13,493 nt of DNA, taken from contig DXJF01000076.1 in NCBI GenBank assembly GCA_019057375.1, positions 1 through 13,493 on the forward strand, read 5' to 3'. Positions 1 through 8,157 of the stretch are shown here, one piece after another. Below the pieces are notes generated by a model that was not told the DNA's origin, made no database searches, and saw only the letters and a list, made by a program, of their open reading frames with translations. Position 1 is the stretch's first letter; each line of letters starts with the position of its first letter. The DNA comes from Candidatus Heimdallarchaeota archaeon. Its GTDB lineage: Archaea > Asgardarchaeota > Heimdallarchaeia > Heimdallarchaeales > Heimdallarchaeaceae. Made by a program: the position numbers and the translations under genes.

Positions 1-857
1 ATAGCTTCTTTACCGAAGTAAAATGGTTCTTTATCATGCTTACAAAACATGGAGAAATCATAACCGGTTTCAACTGGATTAACTTCTTCATGGATATCTT
101 CACCATAAAGTGGCAATCCTGCTTCGATTCTCAGTGCATCCCGAGCACCTAAACCACAAAGAACAATACCAACATCTTTTCCTGCATCTAGAATAGCATT
201 CCAAACCTTGATACCTTTTGAGGGATCATGTAAATCAGAATCAAAGATAACTACTTCGAATCCCATCTCACCAGTATAACCAGTACCAGTGAATAGACAT
301 TTACATCCTTCTACCTCAGCTTCTACCATTTCCCATCTACCAGTGTCTGGAACACCTAAATTGTCCAAAATAACTTTATAATTTGGACCTTGAACTGCAA
401 ACATAGTTGTTTCATCTGTCCAATCTTTGAATTCAAGAGGCTCACCTGTGAACTCTTCAAAGATTTTTACAAACTGTCCTATCCAAGCTAAAACCTTTAT
501 TGTTTGATCACCAGCATTACAGACGTTAAAGAAATCTGTTTCGCTTTTCTTACCGATGATTGTATCATCACGATAACCACCATTTTCATTAAGATAATAT
601 GTGTAACCGCATTTCATATCATTCATCTTTGCAATAAGTCGGGGGGTGAGAAGTTCCATAAGCTTAGAAGCATACTTGCCTTTGAGAGAATAACGTCCCA
701 TGTCTGTAACTTCTACTATTGAAACATTTTCTCTGGTAGCCATGATTTCCAAGTCAATTCCGGTATAAGAAACTGGAAGATAGTATCCAGCAAAATCAAT
801 CATCTTAGCTCCGGCATCTTCATGGACTTTCCACATTGGAGTTTTTTTCAATCCCAT
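1..857 (-). CDS. gcvT: Glycine cleavage T-protein family aminomethyltransferase (3' end runs off the window)
   Basis: Absent from the ORF track because it has no stop inside the window. Manual translation from ATG 857 is open to base 1: MGLKKTPMWKVHEDAGAKMIDFAGYYLPVSY...YLNENGGYRDDTII...NVCNAG...FAVQGP...TGYTGEMGFEV...CGLGARDALRIEAGLPLYGEDI, all GcvT-family motifs. An in-frame TAG five codons upstream fixes the start. Confidence 0.9.
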   Translation of the reverse strand, partial: MGLKKTPMWKVHEDAGAKMIDFAGYYLPVSYTGIDLEIMATRENVSIVEVTDMGRYSLKGKYASKLMELLTPRLIAKMNDMKCGYTYYLNENGGYRDDTIIGKKSETDFFNVCNAGDQTIKVLAWIGQFVKIFEEFTGEPLEFKDWTDETTMFAVQGPNYKVILDNLGVPDTGRWEMVEAEVEGCKCLFTGTGYTGEMGFEVVIFDSDLHDPSKGIKVWNAILDAGKDVGIVLCGLGARDALRIEAGLPLYGEDIHEEVNPVETGYDFSMFCKHDKEPFYFGKEA

Positions 858-1017
858 AATTATAACCTTCTAATTCATTTTGATTATCTGGATTCGACTT
901 TTACTTCATAGATAAAAATGTTATCCATTGTAGATATGTTGTTCAGAGACGAATAACCGCAAGTTTTACAATCTCTGCTTAAAAATCTCGTAGAAATCTT
1001 TTTCAATATAAATATAG

Positions 1018-2406
<1,389 letters not shown>

Positions 2407-2431
2407 TCATCTCCTCTAATTTTGATTGGAA

Positions 2432-3793
2432 CTAGTATTCATACTTGAATCTTTTTGCTTTACCTTTGTGACTATCCACAAAGATTTTCTCTCCATCAGG
2501 TCCATCAATAAATTCTATAGGTTGACCAGGAGATGCAAAAGGTAAATCTTTCGGAGCAATGAATTTGTAATCCTTATCATGTTTGTAAATTTGCATGAAT
2601 TCTGCAGGATTATCATCACCAGGACCAATAACCACAAGTTTTGGACCGATTTGACTGAATAATGATGTTCCCCAATCTGAAACATAAAAACCAATTATAT
2701 CTTTAAAGTCGGGAATAGCTTCTTCAGGTTTTTGCTTAAATTTCACTTTCTCTTTTGCTAAATGAGCTAGCATTTTGTTTATACCTAGAAATAGAGTTAA
2801 TGCAGGACCGTTGACAGCGTTTGTAAGAACTACAATAATCAATTTCTTATCTTGAATGAGTCCTGATCTTGTAATAAATCCTGGATAACCACCGCCATGT
2901 CCAACTATCTTAATATCTGGAAGATTTGTGATACTAAAACCTAATCCCCAATCTGCTTTTTCTGCTTTAAATTGAATTCGCTGCATCTCACGTTTGATAT
3001 AATCGGGGAATAGAGTATTATTGCCTAATATATGAGCTTGATAGAATTTAATTAAATCTTCAACAGTGCTACTCAGGCAAGTTGCTGAGTGCATGATTCT
3101 TGCAGGAACATGTTCAAGTTTTTCTCGTTCTTGTTTTGGATATTTGGTTTTGTACCCTGTAGCATGTCTAGAAAGATTAGTTTCATCAACGTCGACAATA
3201 GTATTAAGCATCTCAAGTGGTTCAAGAATCTCCTTTTGAATATAATCTGGATAGCTTTGACCAGATACAGCTTCTATTATCTGACCTAAAAGCGTATATC
3301 CAAAATTTGAATACTTCAATATTTCACTTGTCTCAAAGAAACTTATACCCTTTTTCACTTGCGATTTTATCTTTTCTATTGAAGGAAATTCATAATTAGA
3401 CCAATGGGCAGTCTGGCCATCACGAGTCATCCCACTAGAGTGAGTGAGTAAATGTTTGATACGTATTTGTTGTAGATTTTCATCTGTTTCAGAAGCAAAC
3501 CAGGGTAGGAATTTCGAGACCTTATCGTCTAAGGAAAGCTTATCTTTATGATAGAGTTTCATTATTGCAGTAGCAGTGAATAATTTTGAATGAGAAGCAA
3601 TACGGAATAAATGTTGATTAGTAAGTTTAATTTTTTCTTCCAAATTTGCATATCCGTATTCTTTCTTGAAAATAATTTCATCTTCAAAGAAAACACCTAC
3701 AGCTATTCCTGGTATCTCTTTGATATATACTTGATAATCAAGCCAATTATCGATGAGATGTAAAGCTTGCTTAATCAAATCTTTATTAGACAT
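2432..3793 (-). CDS. Serine hydrolase, beta-lactamase class C / D-aminopeptidase-like (peptidase S12) with an extra C-terminal domain; no signal peptide
   Basis: FRIASHSK (S67-x-x-K70), LLTHSSG, YSN (Y161-x-N163) and VGHGGGYPGF motifs. About 100 extra C-terminal residues follow the catalytic fold. Confidence 0.88.
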   Translation of the reverse strand: MSNKDLIKQALHLIDNWLDYQVYIKEIPGIAVGVFFEDEIIFKKEYGYANLEEKIKLTNQHLFRIASHSKLFTATAIMKLYHKDKLSLDDKVSKFLPWFASETDENLQQIRIKHLLTHSSGMTRDGQTAHWSNYEFPSIEKIKSQVKKGISFFETSEILKYSNFGYTLLGQIIEAVSGQSYPDYIQKEILEPLEMLNTIVDVDETNLSRHATGYKTKYPKQEREKLEHVPARIMHSATCLSSTVEDLIKFYQAHILGNNTLFPDYIKREMQRIQFKAEKADWGLGFSITNLPDIKIVGHGGGYPGFITRSGLIQDKKLIIVVLTNAVNGPALTLFLGINKMLAHLAKEKVKFKQKPEEAIPDFKDIIGFYVSDWGTSLFSQIGPKLVVIGPGDDNPAEFMQIYKHDKDYKFIAPKDLPFASPGQPIEFIDGPDGEKIFVDSHKGKAKRFKYEY

Positions 3794-3943
3794 AATTTGA
3801 AGAATAGATAAACATTAAAAACTATTACCATTCAAATCTATTTCGCTTTCTTGTTAGAGGAATTTTATCCCTTGGAACTTCTTTTTTAAAGTCTTCCAGA
3901 TAAATTTATTAGATGTAAGTGGAGTGAAATAGAATAGAACATC

Positions 3944-5593
3944 ATGAAAAACAACTCTAAAAAGCTTATATCAGTAGTTTTGTTATTAACCACTTTTCTT
4001 TCTGTAGCATGTCTACAAACAAATGTACGTTCTGAAGATTGTTCTTCAGGTATAAAGGAAGTTCCTACAAGTAGTGAAGTTCAAAGTGCTTGGATTCTTC
4101 TTGCAGGAGATAGAGCGGATCATAAGGATATGGATTCTATTCAAAGTGCGGTTAATATAACTTACGAAATTCTGAGAGGTAATGGGTTTACTTCAGAGCA
4201 GATCTACTATATGGGTCCTGAAGTTGGACCAAGCCAACCTTATGTAAATACTTCTTCAACAAAAATTAATCTTAAATGGGCAATTGAAGAATGGGCACCA
4301 CAGCATGTAAATTCAAGCCAGAGTTTAGGGATAGCCCTCTTTTCTCATGGTGATTATGATGCTCTTGCAGTGATGGTTGGTGATGCCTTATGGGATACTG
4401 ATCTGAATTCATATCTGCGTAATTTTGAAATTGCTACAGGATGTAAAAGAATCATTCTTATAATTGAAGGATGCCATTCTGGTTCATTTATTTACCCAAA
4501 CAGTAAAGATAATAGAATAATAGTAACATCAGCCCATACACTAGCTGGTGCAGCTTTCAATGCTGATAGAACAAACGGAGCTTTTTCAGAATCCTTTTGG
4601 TCATCGGTAGCTTCTTGCTTAACAATTGGGACTGCATTTGAAGAAGCTGTTATTCACGTAAGAAATCTTGGCAGTCACCAAGCACCACAGATAGATGACA
4701 ATCATGATAGTCAAGGGCACACTGTAGCTCCAAGTGGCTATTTACCTGTGGGTGGAGATGGAGCTGATGCATTAGACGTGAAGATATGGGCTAAACCAAT
4801 AGTATGTTTTCCTAAAATACAAATCGAAATGGTTCCTTTACCTATTTATGAAATCTGGGATCTTTTTACAAGTGTAGCAAATATTGAAGTAGAAGTTGGG
4901 AGTTCTACGGGAATAAGTAAAGTTTATGCAAGATTTGTACCTTCAGGCTGGGAACCCAATGATCCATTGGATGGATATATGTACCCGATTAATGATGCTG
5001 CAATAAAAATGATTGAATTAGAAGATCCTTTAATGAACGGAATTTATTCAGGGGATGTAGCGTTCGATGGTCTTGCTCTTGGCGATTCATTTATGGTTAA
5101 TATTTTAGCATATGATGCTGATGGATTAGCTTCAGACATTATATCAACCTCTCTTTCATTTAATGCAGATGGTGAGGTTCCTCCAGATATAGAAGCTCCA
5201 TCAATAATTATATTAAAACCAAATTCAGACGATGCACTCTCTGATATAGTAGAAATAGTTGCAAAAGGTGATGATAATCAAGAATTGGAAAACATTGAAC
5301 TCTACATTGATGGATTGCTAGTAGAAAGTTTAGTTATGCCAGATTACTATCCATATTCTGAACTTCGGTTTGAATGCAATACAAGTCTCTATGCAGAAGG
5401 AATGCACAACATAACAGCTGTTGCAGTAGATAAAGCTGGTCTATCTAACCAAACATCAATGATAGTCAAATTTGATAACTTGAATAACGAGATAATTTAC
5501 TATGCAGCATCTATTGGAGGCGGTGTTATTGTTATAACTTCTTCCATAGCTATTGTAAGATTCAGAAAGAGAATCAAGAAAAGAAAGAAGTAG
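3944..5593 (+). CDS. Exported, C-terminally membrane-anchored peptidase C13 (legumain/caspase-like clan CD) with an Ig-like domain
   Basis: N-terminal signal peptide (MKNNSKKLISVVLLLTTFLSVAC). WILLAG...YEILRGNGFTSEQIYYM matches the legumain N-terminal strand and helix. Catalytic dyad motifs LFSHG (His135, nt 4346-4348) and IIEGCHSGSF (Cys177, nt 4472-4474). Ig-like segment PSIIILKP...IELYIDG...HNITAVAVDKAG, then a hydrophobic helix and the RFRKRIKKRKK tail. Confidence 0.85.
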   Translation: MKNNSKKLISVVLLLTTFLSVACLQTNVRSEDCSSGIKEVPTSSEVQSAWILLAGDRADHKDMDSIQSAVNITYEILRGNGFTSEQIYYMGPEVGPSQPYVNTSSTKINLKWAIEEWAPQHVNSSQSLGIALFSHGDYDALAVMVGDALWDTDLNSYLRNFEIATGCKRIILIIEGCHSGSFIYPNSKDNRIIVTSAHTLAGAAFNADRTNGAFSESFWSSVASCLTIGTAFEEAVIHVRNLGSHQAPQIDDNHDSQGHTVAPSGYLPVGGDGADALDVKIWAKPIVCFPKIQIEMVPLPIYEIWDLFTSVANIEVEVGSSTGISKVYARFVPSGWEPNDPLDGYMYPINDAAIKMIELEDPLMNGIYSGDVAFDGLALGDSFMVNILAYDADGLASDIISTSLSFNADGEVPPDIEAPSIIILKPNSDDALSDIVEIVAKGDDNQELENIELYIDGLLVESLVMPDYYPYSELRFECNTSLYAEGMHNITAVAVDKAGLSNQTSMIVKFDNLNNEIIYYAASIGGGVIVITSSIAIVRFRKRIKKRKK

Positions 5594-5615
5594 TTCTTTT
5601 CACTTTTTCTTCTTT
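5578..5615. terminator. Putative bidirectional terminator between convergent genes
   Basis: GAAAAGAA-N8-TTCTTTTC inverted repeat (5578-5601) followed by a T-rich tract on +. The A-rich lysine codons of the + gene give a T-rich tract on -. The two stop codons are 6 bp apart. Confidence 0.4.
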
Positions 5616-6547
5616 ATATAAGCAAGAATAGAGATAAACTCATAAACGATATTTGCAGCTAAAAGTGCTGTAATTTCAGAAGGATCAGAAGCTGGTAAAA
5701 CCTCAACAACATCAAAACCTATGTAATTCAAATCCTTTAATCCCCTAATTAATTTCAACGTTTCTCCACTTGTAAACCCTCCAACTTCAGGAGTTCCCGT
5801 TCCAGGTGCATACGCTGGATCAACGAAGTCGATGTCAAAGGATAGAAAAACTTTAGTTCTTCCTACTCTATTTTTAATTCGTTCTATTAAAGAATCCAAC
5901 CCTATTTCTCTAATCTCTTCTGTTGTAACAACATCAAATCCTAAAGATTTTGGAATTTCTAAATGCTCTGGGGAATAGATTGATCCTCTTAATCCTATCT
6001 GTATAGAATTATCAGCAAGTAACAAATTTTCTTCAATTGCTCTTTTAAATGGTGTTCCATGATTATATGGCTTACCAAAATATTCGTCGACTGTATCACT
6101 ATGAGAATCAAAATGTAACAAACTCACAGGACCATGAATCTTGGTAATAGCCCTCAATTCTGGTAAAGTTATTGCATGGTCCCCCCCAAGTAGAATAGGT
6201 ATTATTCCTGCTTCTAAAACTGGAAGTAAACTCTCTTCGATTCTTTTGTACCCCTCTTCGATATATCCTGGGACAACAGGTAAATCTCCATAATCTATAC
6301 CTGAAAGAAATTCGTAAGGACTAATGTTCAATATTGGATTATGGTGCCTAAGTAGAGCTGATATTTTTCTAATTGCTGCTGGACCTTCTCTTTGTCCTGT
6401 TCTGAAAGATGCCCCTGCATCTGAGGGTACGCCTATTATTGCAAAATCTGCTCCTTCCAACTTTTTAATAAAAGGTAAACGCATGAATGTTTGGATTCCT
6501 GAAAATCTAGGTGATTTTATGGGATCAACCGGCTTATATTTTTTCAT
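5600..6547 (-). CDS. speB: Agmatinase / guanidinobutyrase-type ureohydrolase (arginase family)
   Basis: PRFSGIQTFMRLP N-terminus and metal motifs GGDHAIT, HFDSHSD and SFDIDFVDPAYAPGTGTPEVGG. ATG 6547 is preferred over TTG 6553 because a GTGAT SD lies at 6557-6553. Exact substrate cannot be determined from sequence. Confidence 0.85.
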   Translation of the reverse strand: MKKYKPVDPIKSPRFSGIQTFMRLPFIKKLEGADFAIIGVPSDAGASFRTGQREGPAAIRKISALLRHHNPILNISPYEFLSGIDYGDLPVVPGYIEEGYKRIEESLLPVLEAGIIPILLGGDHAITLPELRAITKIHGPVSLLHFDSHSDTVDEYFGKPYNHGTPFKRAIEENLLLADNSIQIGLRGSIYSPEHLEIPKSLGFDVVTTEEIREIGLDSLIERIKNRVGRTKVFLSFDIDFVDPAYAPGTGTPEVGGFTSGETLKLIRGLKDLNYIGFDVVEVLPASDPSEITALLAANIVYEFISILAYIKKKK

Positions 6548-6552
6548 CTTCA

Positions 6553-6594
6553 ATCACTAAACACAAAATATGATTGTTTTTCTAACTTATATAA
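6553..6594 (-). promoter_or_regulatory. Archaeal TATA box plus SD for the agmatinase-family gene
   Basis: TTATATAA on the minus strand at 6594-6587, and GTGAT at 6557-6553, 5 nt before ATG 6547. Confidence 0.5.
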
Positions 6595-6676
6595 TGTTCT
6601 AGAAAATTTACATTATAACAGAACTATAAGAAAAGAAATATGAAGATGAGTTTTAATCACTCATCACTATTCATAG

Positions 6677-8035
6677 TTATTTTTGTCTTCTCAACATTTT
6701 TCTTGAGATCATTTCTAAAGCCTGGGTGACGGGATAGATGGTCTCGTTTACTGCTGGTGCATAACACAAATCAGATTGCAGTAACTCAAGGAATGTCATT
6801 TTGTTTTGCATTCCCAAAGAAATTACATTCAAATTATCTGTAATTGAATCGGGGCCAATTGCTTGAGCTCCAAGTATCTTTCCAGTATTCTTATCTGCTA
6901 GTATTTTGAAGTACAATTCTTCAGCATCAGGCATATATAGTGGTTTGTTATGAGTCTTAATCTTAGCAGAAACAACCTCAAAACCTGCGTCTTCTGCAGC
7001 TTTCTTGATAAGCCCTACTGATCCAACTCTAAGGTCAATATATGGCACTATGAAATTATTCATTGTTCCTGGAAATGTCAAAGTTCCTGGTTTAGCGATT
7101 GTCATAGCTGCTACTCTCGCCATTCGAACACAACAAGTTGCTATTGCTGAATTGATTGGTTTCTTTGAAATTAAATGAGTTGTCTCAGCACAATCGCCTA
7201 CTGCAAGTATGTTTGGATCAGAAGTTTTCAATTCTTCATCAGTTACAATTGCACCAGATTCTCCTATCTTTAATCCTGCTTCTTGTGCTAAAGTTACTTC
7301 TGGTCTAACTCCTGTAGCTGCAACAACAAAATCACATTCAAAATCTCCTTGGTCGGTTGTGATTTTTGTTGCCATACCATTTTTATCTAAAACAATTTCA
7401 TTAATTCCTACTCCAATAACAAATTTTAGCTTGGGTAGTTTCTCTTCTAGAAGTTTTACAGTTTCATTTGCATAATCTGGGTCTATAAGGAGACGCATAA
7501 GCCTAGATCTTGCAAGAACAGCGGTTTCAATACCTCTATGAGCAAGTTCTGTTGCAACTTCAAGACCTATTGCTGAAGCGCCTAAAACGACTGCTTTGGA
7601 TGCCTTAGCTGCAGCTTCTCGAATTTTTGCTGAATCTTCAATCCATTTTAGAGCATAAACATTTTTTCCATTAGCTCCTGGTATTGGGGGAAGTTTAGCT
7701 TTGGAACCAATACAAATAACAAGATAATCATACTCAACTTCAAAAACTTCATCATTTTCTAGATTCTTAACACTTACTTTCTTATTTTGACGATCAATTT
7801 TGAGAGCTTCATGACGACGCAAAAAGTTTATCTTCATCATATCATAATTCAAAGATTCGATGAGAGGACTCTCATCTTCCCACAATCCACCAATCGCATA
7901 TGGCATAGCACAAGGATGATAAGCATCATAATTCTTCTTGTCAATTATAGTGATTTCTGCATTTCTTTCCCATGCACGGAGAGTGGTAGCTGATGTCCAA
8001 CCAGAGGAACCATGTCCTATATATACAACTTTCAT
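6677..8035 (-). CDS. CoA-disulfide reductase / NADH oxidase / NAD(P)H:sulfur oxidoreductase family flavoprotein (single redox Cys)
   Basis: FAD Rossmann motif VVYIGHGSSG, AYHPCAMPY with Cys42 at the position of the family's redox cysteine, second dinucleotide fold VVLGASAIGLEVA, TSDPNILAVGDC, and the dimerisation domain ending DLCYAPA. Confidence 0.88.
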   Translation of the reverse strand: MKVVYIGHGSSGWTSATTLRAWERNAEITIIDKKNYDAYHPCAMPYAIGGLWEDESPLIESLNYDMMKINFLRRHEALKIDRQNKKVSVKNLENDEVFEVEYDYLVICIGSKAKLPPIPGANGKNVYALKWIEDSAKIREAAAKASKAVVLGASAIGLEVATELAHRGIETAVLARSRLMRLLIDPDYANETVKLLEEKLPKLKFVIGVGINEIVLDKNGMATKITTDQGDFECDFVVAATGVRPEVTLAQEAGLKIGESGAIVTDEELKTSDPNILAVGDCAETTHLISKKPINSAIATCCVRMARVAAMTIAKPGTLTFPGTMNNFIVPYIDLRVGSVGLIKKAAEDAGFEVVSAKIKTHNKPLYMPDAEELYFKILADKNTGKILGAQAIGPDSITDNLNVISLGMQNKMTFLELLQSDLCYAPAVNETIYPVTQALEMISRKMLRRQK

Positions 8036-8057
8036 GGTCGAAAACTTAAGTAAGTCT

Positions 8058-8065
8058 TTATTAAA
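8058..8065 (-). promoter_or_regulatory. TATA box for a probably leaderless transcript of the flavoprotein gene
   Basis: TTTAATAA on the minus strand at -30 to -23 from ATG 8035, with no SD-like sequence before that ATG. Confidence 0.5.
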
Positions 8066-8157
8066 GTTACTAATAAGTCACGATACATTGTGCTAAAAGA
8101 GATTGTATTAGTCTAACCAGATTTGACTATTCCTGCTTTGGAAAAAAGTAGAACCGA

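Noticed and set aside
2558-2600. Possible eukaryote-like SECIS downstream of tpl (ATGAATTTGTAA...TTGTAAATT hairpin on the + strand)
   Set aside because: The 3' arm lacks the GA needed for the tandem G.A quartet at the right register, there is no apical AA, and it lies within the antisense strand of a coding gene.
3944-4015. Lipoprotein lipobox at LSVAC in the C13 peptidase
   Set aside because: The -3 residue is Ser rather than the usual aliphatic residue, and the protein already has a C-terminal TM anchor. An ordinary signal peptide is the simpler reading.
5600-6547. Formimidoylglutamase (hutG) or guanidine hydrolase assignment based on proximity to hutU
   Set aside because: The N-terminus and GTGTPEVGG motif fit the agmatinase/guanidinobutyrase branch (guanidine hydrolase has Trp in that loop), and the gene is separately promoted and not adjacent to hutU.
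8066-8074. SurR-type GTT-N3-AAC site upstream of the flavoprotein (GTTACTAAT)
   Set aside because: One mismatch in only six informative bases is indistinguishable from chance.
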